Part shown: piece by piece, positions 34,050 to 43,935 of the stretch
Layout: each line of letters opens with the position of its first letter
How positions within the stretch are numbered: position 1 is the first letter of the stretch
Assembly (NCBI GenBank): GCA_963794945.1
Contig: CAWCFT010000002.1
Location: forward strand, 32,001 to 96,000
From: Endomicrobiales bacterium
Lineage (GTDB): Bacteria > Elusimicrobiota > Endomicrobiia > Endomicrobiales > CAWCFT01
DNA: 64,000 bases
Reading direction: 5' to 3'
The notes under the pieces: generated by a model
Database searches by the model: none
Seen by the model: only the letters and a program-made list of their open reading frames with translations
What the model was told of the DNA's origin: nothing
Program-made: the position numbers and the translations under genes

Positions 34050-35445
34050 AATATTCATAGCTCTTGCGGCATTACTTATCTCCTGCTCGCCAGTGATATC
34101 CGAAGCCCGCGAAAGCCTTCAAACACTTTCTTGTATCATGCACATTCACTCGTCATACAGCGGCGGGAAGAACGGGAAATCTATCACTGAAATAGTCAGC
34201 GAAGCCAGATCAAAGGGCATTGACGCGGTTATACTGACCGATAAGGATGTTTTAAAGTGGGAATACGGCATATGGCCGCTTTCAAACCTTCTAAAATTCT
34301 CTTATTCACTACCTTCAGTGCTGTCGGTCGGCCCTCAAAAATATTTTGACAACGTGCGTTCGGTGGAAAAAGCATTTCCGGGAATGATAGTCATCCCGGG
34401 CGTTGAATCCGCGCCTTTCTACTACTGGAAAGGCAGCCCGTTCAACGGCACGCTTGAAATGATCGGGTGGCACAAACACATGCTGGTGTTCGGCATGGAT
34501 AAAGCTGATGATTACATCAACCTTCCAGTTGTAGAAAACCACAGCGCCGGAAGTTTCAACATTTTACTGCTCTGGCCGGTATTGCTGTTAGTAGCCGCGC
34601 TTACAGTAAATATGAAGAAAGCGGCAAGGATTGTCATAGCCGTCGCAGCATTGGTATTCCTGATCAACAATTACCCATTCCGCCATTTCGAATTCAACAT
34701 TTATTCAGGAGACCAGGGTGAAAAACCTTATCAGAAACTCATCGACTATGTGAACTCCAGAGGCGGGCTTATTTTCTGGGCGCATCCTGAAGCGCGCAAC
34801 AGGGAGCTGCCGCAAAAATACGGCCGTGTCAGCATTTCAACGTCGCGCTACGCGAAAAGTATTTTAGATACCATAGACTACACGGGGTTCGCTATTTTCA
34901 CGGAAGGCTGGCGGGAAACCGGAGGAGTAGGCGGATACTGGGACAAGGCGCTTGTCGAGTACTGCCAGGGCAAAAGATCGCGTCCGGTTTGGGCGGAAGG
35001 CGAGCTGGATTATGGCGAGAATTCTCTGCCGATGGAAAGTGTCCAGAACATCCTTTGGGTAAAAGAACGGTCTGAGCGGGGTATCTTTGAAGCGTTAAAG
35101 AAAGGTAATTTCTACGTAAAACAGGGTGTGAGCAAATGGAGCTTGCTTCTGGACGAATTTTATGTTTCCAGCGGCGGACAGGAAGCAATATGCGGCCAGG
35201 AGATTACTCATAACGGGCCGGTTCATATTCACATGCGTATATCCGCAACCGATAAATCTTCTCACAATGTAAAAGTCTCTATTGTCCGCAATGGAGCGAT
35301 CGTAAATATATTGGAAGCCGCGACACCAGCGGAACTAGTGTACCAGGACGCTGCCTCATGGCCCGGCACTTCATATTACAGGATCTATGCTGAAAGCGGC
35401 CCCCAAACCATCGCGACTAACCCCGTGTTTGTAATAAAGATGTGA
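34030..35445 (+). CDS. PHP-fold (CehA/McbA-like) metallohydrolase, membrane-associated
   Basis: Signal/TM segment, 'HIHSSYS', 'LTDKD', 'PGVE', 'WAHP', C-terminal 'SYYRI...TNPVF'. ATG at 34030. Confidence 0.7.
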   Translation: MKSCQNKIFIALAALLISCSPVISEARESLQTLSCIMHIHSSYSGGKNGKSITEIVSEARSKGIDAVILTDKDVLKWEYGIWPLSNLLKFSYSLPSVLSVGPQKYFDNVRSVEKAFPGMIVIPGVESAPFYYWKGSPFNGTLEMIGWHKHMLVFGMDKADDYINLPVVENHSAGSFNILLLWPVLLLVAALTVNMKKAARIVIAVAALVFLINNYPFRHFEFNIYSGDQGEKPYQKLIDYVNSRGGLIFWAHPEARNRELPQKYGRVSISTSRYAKSILDTIDYTGFAIFTEGWRETGGVGGYWDKALVEYCQGKRSRPVWAEGELDYGENSLPMESVQNILWVKERSERGIFEALKKGNFYVKQGVSKWSLLLDEFYVSSGGQEAICGQEITHNGPVHIHMRISATDKSSHNVKVSIVRNGAIVNILEAATPAELVYQDAASWPGTSYYRIYAESGPQTIATNPVFVIKM

Positions 35446-35470
35446 CATTACAAGTATTTTTTGTTATAAT
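35442..35470 (+). promoter_or_regulatory. sigma70-like internal promoter (leaderless arrangement)
   Basis: GTGACA(35442-47)-N17-TATAAT(35465-70), with the ATG 6 nt later. Confidence 0.5.
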
Positions 35471-35476
35471 TACACT

Positions 35477-36178
35477 ATGATCCTAGCTGTGCATCAACCG
35501 CAGTACCTACCTTGGCTCGGTTACTTCCATAAGATCGCCAATTGCGATCTATTTCTCTTTCTTGATGACGTTCAATACAAAAAGCGTGAGTTCCAAAACA
35601 GGAACAAGATCAAGACCCCGAACGGCCCGTTGTGGCTGAGCGTCCCAGTGGTTACTAAGGGTCAATACACCCAGAACATACGCGACGTTAAGATCCTTCC
35701 TCAAGACGGCTGGGCGCAGGAACACCTCAAAAGCATAGAACACAACTATGCGAGAGCCGCTTTCTTCAATGAACACAAAGACTTTTTGCACAGCTTTTAC
35801 GCCGCCCCTCATGACACCCTTATTGAAGCTTCCATGTCTATGATAAACTACATCATGTCTTACCTAAAGATAAATACTCCTTTCAAAATGTCGTCAGAAT
35901 ACGGGGTCTCAACAACCTCTTCGGAAAGGATAGTTGACCTCTGCAAGAAGACCGGCGCCGACACCTATCTCTCCGGTGCAGGCGGGCGGGATTACATGGA
36001 CGAAGAACTTTTCCGCAGAAACAATATTAAGGTTATCTATCAGGAGTACAAGCACCCGGAGTATCCTCAGCTGCACGGAGCGTTCGAGCCTTATCTTACG
36101 GTGATGGACCTGATGTTGAACTGCGGGCCGCAAAGCCGCGAAATATTGTTAGGACAAAAACAGGATAAATCTCAATGA
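35477..36178 (+). CDS. WbqC family protein
   Basis: 'HQPQYLPWLGYFHKI..D.F.FLDDVQY...NRNKI', 'YLSGAGG'. Confidence 0.92.
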   Translation: MILAVHQPQYLPWLGYFHKIANCDLFLFLDDVQYKKREFQNRNKIKTPNGPLWLSVPVVTKGQYTQNIRDVKILPQDGWAQEHLKSIEHNYARAAFFNEHKDFLHSFYAAPHDTLIEASMSMINYIMSYLKINTPFKMSSEYGVSTTSSERIVDLCKKTGADTYLSGAGGRDYMDEELFRRNNIKVIYQEYKHPEYPQLHGAFEPYLTVMDLMLNCGPQSREILLGQKQDKSQ

Positions 36179-36247
36179 CCAAATCCCAATCAACAACATG
36201 TTCGGCCTTTGATGTTTTGGGATTTTGGATTTATCTTATTGGGATTT
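36167..36247. repeat. Intergenic AT-rich imperfect hairpin
   Basis: 'aaatctcaat..aaatcccaat' pairs with 'ttgggattt..attgggattt'. Confidence 0.55.
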
Positions 36248-36255
36248 AACAAAAT

Positions 36256-37070
36256 ATGTACGAACAATACTGGAACCTTAAAATCAAGCCCTTCGAGAAC
36301 ACTCCTGACCCGAAGTTCTTATATAACTCTCCCCAGCACGAAGAGGGCCTCAACAGGATGCTCTATGTGGTCAAGGAAAAAAAAGGCGCGGGGCTTCTTA
36401 CAGGCGTGTACGGCTGCGGCAAAACCCTGTTTGCAAGGTCGCTGATGAAAGAGCTTGAAAGTTCCGTTTATAAAGTGGCCATCCTTACGAACCCAAGGCT
36501 TGACGATGTCGAGATGCTCCGCATGATAGCTTACAATTTAGGTATCGCGAGCCGCCCACCCGCAAAGCGGATATTCTTATAACCCTTGAAAGAGTCCTCC
36601 AGAACAATATAAACGACGGAAAAAAGACAGTCGTTGTAATAGACGAAGCTCACACAATTGAAGATAAAAATATATTTGAAGAACTGCGGCTTCTTATTGA
36701 ATTATCAGTCTGACGACAAATTTCTTCTGACTTTACTTATACTTGGCCAGCCGGAACTCAAGGAGAAAATAGAGACCAACAAACAACTCAACCAGCGTAT
36801 AGCGATGAGGTTTTTTCTTGAAGCTCTTAACCACTCCGAAACCGAACTATATCCAGCACCGCATGGATGTGGCCGGGGGAAGTACATCGCTTTTTGATCA
36901 GATGCCCTGGCACCATACATGAACGTTCCGGCGGGATACCCAGAAGGATAAACCAGCTGTGCGATTCGGCGCTTCTGACGGGTACGGAAAGAACTCAAAA
37001 ATTATAGACAGCGAACTTGTGCAGGAAACTATAAAGAGTCTTGTCATTATAAGCTCCAAAAGTGAGGTGA
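36256..37070 (+). CDS. ExeA/GspA-like AAA ATPase, several frameshifts; 3' end approximate
   Basis: 'MYEQYWNLKIKPFENTPDPKFLY', Walker A 'GVYGCGKT', 'VIDEAH' in another frame, 'GQPEL...QLNQRI', 'GGIPRRIN'. Confidence 0.8.
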
Positions 37071-37073
37071 AAA

Positions 37074-37712
37074 ATGAAGATACTTGCGATCGGGGCTCAT
37101 CCGGATGATCTAATGAGTACGGCTCGCGGTGGAGACGCTTTAACAAGCTCGCGTATAAGCGTCCAAAGCGGGCAAGATAAACCTCCTGATAATGACGCGA
37201 GGCGACATTGGCGGCAAACCTGACATGCGCCAGAAAGAACAGGAGCGCTCGGGCAAAATATTGGACGCCAAGCTCTACTGGGGCAGGTTTTCCGATACAC
37301 AGATCCCGCTGCAGAAAGAGACAATTAACACGATCGAGTTCTTTATTAAGAAGATACAGCCGGACATTATATTCACGCCTATTACAATGACACTCACCAG
37401 GACCACAGGGTTGTTTCCCAGGCCACGGTGACAGCGGCCAGGTACGTTCACAACGTACTTTTTTATGAGACACCAAGCACGATCGAATTTACGCCGGCGA
37501 GCGTTTTTGTTGATATCGAACAGGTGCTTAAAAATAAATTAGAACTTTTGAAAGCGCATAAATCTCAGGTCTTCTCCACAAGGATAGCCAACCTGTCTAT
37601 CCTCGAAGCTTCACAGTCAACAGCTTTATTCCGGGGCGTTCAGAACCGCGTAAAATACGCGGAAAGCTTCGTACCGCTGCGGCTTTCAATGGACAATCTA
37701 AATGGATTCTAA
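37074..37712 (+). CDS. PIG-L family deacetylase, multiple frameshifts
   Basis: ATG at 37074 gives 'MKILAIGAHPDD'; 'DTHQDH' in a shifted frame; 'FVDI...K.ELLKAHKSQ...YAESF'. Confidence 0.8.
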
Positions 37713-38853
37713 CACATCCTGGCGTAAAGCCTACTATATACTGCTAGTCATCCTTCTTGTAACGCTCCTGCAGATAAAAGGAGGAACGTGGGCCTGGGCT
37801 TTTAACATTTGGGATACTACCTGGAACATACGCTGGATATATGTGTTCCTGGTATCGTTCATAGTGGCGCAATTGGCAACACCGATCGTGATAAAGCTGG
37901 CCTGGCATTTCAAGGTGCTGGACTACCCCGACGCCAGGAAGCTTCACGGACAACCGATTCCCAGGATGGGCGGCCTCGCTATTTTCGCTTCCATAATAAT
38001 CGCGACTTTGAGAAATTATCAGTTCTCAGCCCAGCTGATGTGGCTCGTGATAGGCGGCTCAATAATTTACATACTCGGGTTCATCGATGACATCCATCCT
38101 TTGCCGGCAGTATTGCGCCTTGCCATCCAGCTGATCGCCTGCCTTGCCGTGATCAACGGAGGTGTGTTTATCACGTCAATACCTTATTACTGGCCGATGG
38201 CTCATCTTATAAGAATAATACTGACCATCCTGTGGCTCATGGGTATGGCGAACGCTATAAATTTTCTCGACGGGGTTGACGGCCTGGTCTCGGGGATGGT
38301 AACGATAAGCGCGCTGCTGTTCTTTATAATCGCCTGGCCCACAAGGCAGAGCTACCTTGCCTACCTGGTCATCGCGATAGCCGGCGCGTGCCTTGGATTT
38401 TTGCCTTACAACTGGAAGCCGGCCAAGACTTTCATGGGTGACGCAAGCGCAACGTTCCTGGGGTTTATGATAGCCGGAACCGCTGTTATGGGTTCATGGA
38501 CGTACCATAACGTAATGATCTCCATAGCCACGCCTCTTTTGATACTCGGCATACCTATTTTCGATATGATCTATACTACTATTTCCAGGTTTTATTACGG
38601 GAAAGTGCACACATTCAAAGAATGGCTCGAATACACCGGCAGGGACCATTTCCATCATCGGTTGATGAACATTAATTTGTCCGAGAAACATACCGTGATC
38701 TTTATATGGATGCTGAATATCTGCCTGGGCATTGGAGCCGTGGTCATCAGGGACACGGGCACTATACACTCAGTGCTTGTGCTTATTCAGTCTACCATGA
38801 TACTGCTTATTATCACAGTGATCATGATAGCGGGAAGGAATTCAAAACAATAA
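37702..38853 (+). CDS. wecA: Undecaprenyl-phosphate GlcNAc-1-P transferase (WecA/MraY family)
   Basis: 'RKLH..PIPRMGG', 'GFIDD', 'NAINFLDGVDG', 'FMGD', 'DHFHHRL'. Confidence 0.9.
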   Translation: MDSNTSWRKAYYILLVILLVTLLQIKGGTWAWAFNIWDTTWNIRWIYVFLVSFIVAQLATPIVIKLAWHFKVLDYPDARKLHGQPIPRMGGLAIFASIIIATLRNYQFSAQLMWLVIGGSIIYILGFIDDIHPLPAVLRLAIQLIACLAVINGGVFITSIPYYWPMAHLIRIILTILWLMGMANAINFLDGVDGLVSGMVTISALLFFIIAWPTRQSYLAYLVIAIAGACLGFLPYNWKPAKTFMGDASATFLGFMIAGTAVMGSWTYHNVMISIATPLLILGIPIFDMIYTTISRFYYGKVHTFKEWLEYTGRDHFHHRLMNINLSEKHTVIFIWMLNICLGIGAVVIRDTGTIHSVLVLIQSTMILLIITVIMIAGRNSKQ

Positions 38854-38861
38854 ATTACGTA

Positions 38862-39026
38862 AAGATAATTTCGAATATCTAAATCCGAATTTCGAAACAA
38901 TAGGCAAAAATCAAACTGCAAAACGACAATATCTAACAAGGCATGCATAAATTGAATTTCTTTGGTTATTGAAACATTTTCTGTTTGTAATTTTTTTCGA
39001 AATTCGTGCTTCGGATTTAGGATTTA
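38862..39026. repeat. ~165-bp long-hairpin intergenic repeat, copy 1
   Basis: 'aagataatttcgaa...aaatccgaatttcgaaac ... ttcgaaattcgtgcttcggattt'; homologous to 45029-45192. Confidence 0.75.
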
Positions 39027-39119
39027 AAGGTACCTAGCCAAAGGTAAGGCACGACACAATCAAGTAAGAAATAATGTTTGGGTTATTACATCAAGATTAA
39101 AATTTGGAGGAAAGTGTAA

Positions 39120-39875
39120 ATGAATAAGTTGTCAGCGTTGTTGTCTTGTTGTATTTTTTTTGTTCTGGCCGCAAACTGTGAAGCAAGGATAAACGTCCTT
39201 GAACTCTGGCACCCGGGAGTTGACGCCTCTATCGGCTTGCCGTCAAGCTACATGTTACGGGCGGCTTTTCTATCAGGTGACCATTTTTTTGAGATCCCGG
39301 CGGAATTCACATATGTAACATCCCAGAATATTGAAGTCGGCGGAAGGTGGGGAGTAAAATCCAACAGCGGCAGCAACGGTATAGACGACCTGATGATCGG
39401 AGGCAAATACGTGTTCGCTAAAGAAACAGGCCAGGCTCCGGGGATCCTTGGCGAGGCCGCCGTATCTCTGCCGACCGGCAGTTTTTCAGACGGCACCGGC
39501 ACCGGCTCAACAGATTTTCTGCTTCACTGGGCAGCCGTAAAACAGATCTCTAAATACGAAGGCACGTTCGGCTTAGGCGTAAGGCTAAACGGAGAGAACA
39601 GCGATAATTTGACAGCGGGCAACGTTTTCTTCTACCACGTTGGAGCGTCCTATCCTTTGCAGAGCGACACCACTGTATATGGAGAACTGAAAGGTTATTC
39701 TCACGGGAAATCGGCGCTTAATGGAGTAACGCTAAATGACGATTACAGGGAACTGTACCTCGCGCCCGGAGTCGATTATTCACTGGACAGCGCCTGGAAA
39801 TTCAGCTGTTCGCTGCTTATTGGGCTGACTTCTCAGTCTAACGACCTTGGTCTTATCGTGAGCACCAAATTTTAA
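39120..39875 (+). CDS. Outer-membrane beta-barrel protein (transporter/MetA-pathway-like)
   Basis: Signal peptide, 'SLPTG', amphipathic strands, C-terminal F. Confidence 0.7.
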   Translation: MNKLSALLSCCIFFVLAANCEARINVLELWHPGVDASIGLPSSYMLRAAFLSGDHFFEIPAEFTYVTSQNIEVGGRWGVKSNSGSNGIDDLMIGGKYVFAKETGQAPGILGEAAVSLPTGSFSDGTGTGSTDFLLHWAAVKQISKYEGTFGLGVRLNGENSDNLTAGNVFFYHVGASYPLQSDTTVYGELKGYSHGKSALNGVTLNDDYRELYLAPGVDYSLDSAWKFSCSLLIGLTSQSNDLGLIVSTKF

Positions 39876-39921
39876 AGAATTATTTAAACTTGGAATTCAA
39901 AACTAAAACACAGGAGAGCTA

Positions 39922-41220
39922 ATGAAAACTTTTGTTCTTGACACAAACGTTTTACTGCACGACCCGGAAGCGATGTTCGCGTTCGGCGACAACCGCGTAA
40001 TAATACCGATGACCGTCATCGAAGAACTCGACAGCTTTAAAAGGCTCAACGATGAAAGGGGAAGAGGGGCCAGGCTCATCTCCCGCAGGCTCGACGGCCT
40101 TCGCACGCAGGGAAAACTTTCAAACGGCGTAAAGCTTAAGAACGGCGGCACACTGGTCATAGCGCTGGATATGCAGGTAAAATTGCCTGACGAGCTGATC
40201 CTTTCTAAGGCTGACCACCACATCCTTGGCGCGGCTATCCAGCTGCAGCAGAAAGGCGAAAAAGTCTTTTTTATCACGAAAGACATAAACCTGAGAATTA
40301 AAGCTGAAGCGCTGGGACTGGAAGCCCAGGATTATGAGAAGGAAAAGGTAAAAGTTGAGGAACTGTACTCCGGCTGGAGGGAGATCAATGTCTCGTCCGC
40401 CAAGATAGACCTTTTTTATAAAGAGGGCAAGCTCGTTATAAAAAACGATTTCTACCCGAATGAAGGCATAATCTTAAAAGATGAGAACGGCTCTTCAAAG
40501 AGCGCGATAACAAAATACAGTTCGCAAAAGAAAGCGCTTATCCCGCTTTTCCATCTCAATTCCAACCCGTGGGGCCTCAAGGCGTTAAATATCGAGCAGC
40601 GTTTCGCGATCGAACTTCTCTTGTGCAACGACGTAAACCTTGTGACATTGATAGGGATACCAGGCGCGGGAAAAACATTATTGTCCCTTGCCTGCGGCCT
40701 CCAGAAAACTGTTGAGGAAAAACAGTTCAGGCGCTTGTTCGTGGCCAGGCCCATTATGCCCGTGGGAAGGGATATAGGGTTCCTTCCGGGTTCAAAAGAA
40801 GAGAAACTGACATCCTGGATGGGAGCAATATATGATAACCTTGAGTTCCTGGTAGACCGCACACGCCCGGAAGAAAGCAGCGAAGACAAAATCCAGTACT
40901 TCTTTACTACCGGACAGATAGAGATAGAGGCTCTGACATATATCAGGGGCCGTTCGCTGCCCAACCAGTATATAATAATAGACGACGCGCAAAACCTTAC
41001 ACCTCACGAGGTTAAAACGATAATCTCAAGGGCCGGTACGGGCACTAAAATAGTTATGACCGGCGACCCATACCAGATAGATAACCCCTACCTGGACGCG
41101 TCATCCAACGGGCTGACTTATCTCGTGGAACGCTTTAAAGGTCAGGAAATGTTCGGCCACCTGAATTTCACAAAAAGCGAACGCAGCAACCTCGCGGCCC
41201 TGGCGGCGGAACTGTTGTAA
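39922..41220 (+). CDS. PIN-domain + PhoH ATPase (PhoH2-like)
   Basis: 'FVLDTNVLLHDP', 'TKDINLRIKA', 'GIPGAGKT', 'YIRGRS', 'DAQNLT', 'GDPYQID'. Confidence 0.92.
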   Translation: MKTFVLDTNVLLHDPEAMFAFGDNRVIIPMTVIEELDSFKRLNDERGRGARLISRRLDGLRTQGKLSNGVKLKNGGTLVIALDMQVKLPDELILSKADHHILGAAIQLQQKGEKVFFITKDINLRIKAEALGLEAQDYEKEKVKVEELYSGWREINVSSAKIDLFYKEGKLVIKNDFYPNEGIILKDENGSSKSAITKYSSQKKALIPLFHLNSNPWGLKALNIEQRFAIELLLCNDVNLVTLIGIPGAGKTLLSLACGLQKTVEEKQFRRLFVARPIMPVGRDIGFLPGSKEEKLTSWMGAIYDNLEFLVDRTRPEESSEDKIQYFFTTGQIEIEALTYIRGRSLPNQYIIIDDAQNLTPHEVKTIISRAGTGTKIVMTGDPYQIDNPYLDASSNGLTYLVERFKGQEMFGHLNFTKSERSNLAALAAELL

Positions 41221-41223
41221 TCA

Positions 41224-41596
41224 AGTCAAAGATCAAATATTAAATATCAAAATTTAGGTTAACAACTTTGATAAAATGAACCTCCGCGCAGCAAGCAGCG
41301 CGGTATCAGATGAATTTTATCTTTCTTCCTCGCCCTAGATGGGAGAGGATTGAGGTGAGGGTGAGCTTTCAAGTGCAGCTTTTTATTTAGCCCCCTCATC
41401 CTAACCTTCTTCCTTATCGGGCCCTTTGGGTTGGCCCTCAAGGCCCAAAGTCTTACCCGCCAGCGGAAGAAGATATATTCGGTAACCCCGCAGAAAGTCG
41501 AAGATCCGCCGGGGCGGGCTGCGGGGAATAGTCAAGTTTAAATAGTTTTGAATATTGATCTGTATTTTTGACATTTGATTTTTGATATTTAATTTT
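41224..41596. repeat. Nested palindromic intergenic repeat, copy 1
   Basis: AT-rich heptamer shell enclosing a ~260-bp GC-rich multi-hairpin unit (41279-41538) homologous to 42555-42811. Confidence 0.85.
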
Positions 41597-41606
41597 TAGT
41601 ATAACT

Positions 41607-42485
41607 ATGACAACCAACAAATACGTTGACCTTCATATACACACGAATTACTCGGATGGGGTACTGACACCGCAGGAAGTTGTGCGCCGCGCGAAAGAGG
41701 TGGGGCTTGCCGCAATAAGCATTACCGACCACGATTGCGCCGACGGTATAGACGCCGCGATCGAAGAGGGGCTGAAAATCGGCGTAGAGATTATTCCGGG
41801 CGTCGAGCTTTCCACCGAAGTTGAGTGCGTTGAACGAAGCGAGATGCACATACTCGGCTACTACATCAACTGGAAGAACGAACAGTTCAAGGACTCTCTT
41901 TCTCTCTTCCGTAAAAGCCGCCAAAAACGCGCCTGCCTTATCCTTGAAAAACTTTCTAAACTGGGTGTATATCTCACGGACGAAAAACTCACGGGCGGGC
42001 CGGAATCATTTGCGATAGGCAGGCTGCATTTCGCAAAAGCGCTGATCAATGATGGTTATGTTTCAACAATAAACGAGGCGTTCCAGAAATACCTCTCTTT
42101 CGGTAAACCCGCCTACGTCCCAAAATTCCATTTGACGCCGGAAGACGCCATAAAAATGATACTCAAAACCGGCGGCATACCTGTTTTGGCGCACCCTTAT
42201 TACGGACATTACTCAAACAAGAACCTTATCAAGGGGCTTGTGCGCGACGGCCTGGCAGGCATGGAAGTCTGGCACACAAAGCACCCGGCTTCGACTATTA
42301 GCCATTTCACTGCTTTGGCCAATGAGTTCGGGCTTCTTGCAACCGGCGGTTCGGACTGCCACGGAGGGTTCAACGGTGAGCCGCCTATAATAGGTTCAAT
42401 TAAAATACCCTACAGTGTTGTTGAAAATCTAAAAAAGTTTAAAGAGAACAAAGACAAACTCAACAGCACAATATTAGACCAATAA
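41607..42485 (+). CDS. PHP-domain phosphoesterase (TrpH/YciV-like)
   Basis: 'DLHIHTNYSDG', 'ITDHD', 'PGVELS', 'HILGY', 'LAHP', 'TGGSDCHG'. Confidence 0.92.
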   Translation: MTTNKYVDLHIHTNYSDGVLTPQEVVRRAKEVGLAAISITDHDCADGIDAAIEEGLKIGVEIIPGVELSTEVECVERSEMHILGYYINWKNEQFKDSLSLFRKSRQKRACLILEKLSKLGVYLTDEKLTGGPESFAIGRLHFAKALINDGYVSTINEAFQKYLSFGKPAYVPKFHLTPEDAIKMILKTGGIPVLAHPYYGHYSNKNLIKGLVRDGLAGMEVWHTKHPASTISHFTALANEFGLLATGGSDCHGGFNGEPPIIGSIKIPYSVVENLKKFKENKDKLNSTILDQ

Positions 42486-42486
42486 C

Positions 42487-42853
42487 AATATCAAAAATTA
42501 AAGATCAAATATCAAAAATACAGGTCAAAACTTAAAAATATAGACTATTTATAGAACCACCGCACAGTCAAGCAAGGCGGGATGCGATATCAAATATATT
42601 TTGTCTGTTCTTCCTCTCCATTGATGGGAGAGGATTGAGGTGAGGGTGAGTTGTCAAATGTAACTTATATTTAGACCCCTCATCCCAACCTTCTTCCTTA
42701 TCGGCCCCTTTGGGCTGGCCCTCAAGGCCCAAAGTCTTACCCACAAGGGGAGAAGATAAATTCGGTAACCCCCGCCGTCCCGCCATGGCGGGATGGGGAA
42801 TTGTCAAGTTAAAGCCGTAGCCTTAATTTTGACATTTGATTTTTGATTTTTTA
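42487..42853. repeat. Nested palindromic intergenic repeat, copy 2
   Basis: Same organisation and orientation as 41224-41596. Confidence 0.85.
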
Positions 42854-42876
42854 TCTCTTCGTTAGCTGGAGGCGTC

Positions 42877-43752
42877 ATGAAAACATTAGCTCCCATTATC
42901 CAGAGCCTTCGCGTTAAACAGTGGACAAAGAACCTGCTTATTTTCGCGGGTATACTATTTTCTCAGAACATTTTCGTCCCGCAGATGTTCTTGAGCGTTC
43001 TTTGCGGCTTTTTGGTATTTTGCCTGCTTTCAGGCGCGGTTTACATATTAAATGACATAGCGGACGCTGACCGCGACAGGAAACACCCCGTTAAATGCTC
43101 CCGGCCGATAGCTTCAGGCGCGCTCAGCGTTAAAACAGCCGTCTACGCTTTCATAGTTATAGTAGTCGCGTGCCTGGCCGCGTCATTCTATCTGGGGCCC
43201 TATTTCTTTGCTGCGGCGGTCACATACCTTTTCCTTCAGGTGGCTTACAGCTTTCTACTTAAACACGTTGTCATACTTGACGTGTTCACCATAGCGGCCG
43301 GTTTCGTGCTCAGGGTAATCGCGGGAGCGGTGGTGATAGAAGTCGAGATATCTTCCTGGCTTATCATATGCACGATCCTGCTTTCCCTGTTCCTTGGCTT
43401 TTCAAAAAGGCGGCACGAGCTTGCTTCGATGGAAAATGGCGCCCACGAGCACAGAAAAGTACTTGAGGATTATTCTGTCTACCTCATCGACCAGATGATA
43501 TCGGTCGTTACTGCGTCCACAGTTATATGCTACGCGCTGTACACAATGGCGGATGAAACCATAGCCAAATTCGGCACTTCCAACCTGATATTCACCGTCC
43601 CTTTTGTCCTTTACGGCATATTCAGATACCTGTACCTGATCCACAAGAAAGGCGAGGGCGGCAATCCCGAAAATATTCTGGTCACTGATGTCCCGCTTAT
43701 CATCGATATCGTACTCTGGGCCGTGACGTCGGGCCTGATACTATATTTATAA
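42877..43752 (+). CDS. UbiA-family decaprenyl-phosphate phosphoribosyltransferase-like protein
   Basis: 'RVKQWTKN', 'NDIAD...DRKHP.K..RPIASG', 'GFVLRV', 'KRRHE', 'FRYLYL'. Confidence 0.88.
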   Translation: MKTLAPIIQSLRVKQWTKNLLIFAGILFSQNIFVPQMFLSVLCGFLVFCLLSGAVYILNDIADADRDRKHPVKCSRPIASGALSVKTAVYAFIVIVVACLAASFYLGPYFFAAAVTYLFLQVAYSFLLKHVVILDVFTIAAGFVLRVIAGAVVIEVEISSWLIICTILLSLFLGFSKRRHELASMENGAHEHRKVLEDYSVYLIDQMISVVTASTVICYALYTMADETIAKFGTSNLIFTVPFVLYGIFRYLYLIHKKGEGGNPENILVTDVPLIIDIVLWAVTSGLILYL

Positions 43753-43763
43753 ACACATATACT

Positions 43764-43914
43764 AAAATTCAAATATCAAAAATCAAAAGTCAAAATTATA
43801 TATCAAAATATAAAAATATACACTATAGAATAGTCTGAAAATATTAATGATTGTCTATAGCCTGTTAAAGCCGTTAACATTATTTTTGATATTTAATATT
43901 TGATTCTTGATATT
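43764..43914. repeat. AT-rich heptamer hairpin shell lacking the GC-rich insert
   Basis: 'caaatatcaaaaatcaaaagtcaaaatt ... tttgatatttaatattttgattcttgat'. Shares 'aaaaatata.actat' and 'gttaaagccgt' with the shell at 42487-42853. Confidence 0.7.
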
Positions 43915-43935
43915 AACAATTAAGGAGTTATCATA

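Noticed and set aside
41259..42807. Similar minus-strand ORFs 41259-41441 and 42568-42807 (HPHLNPLPS)
   Set aside because: They are translations of the non-coding palindromic repeat; their lengths differ and neither has an RBS.
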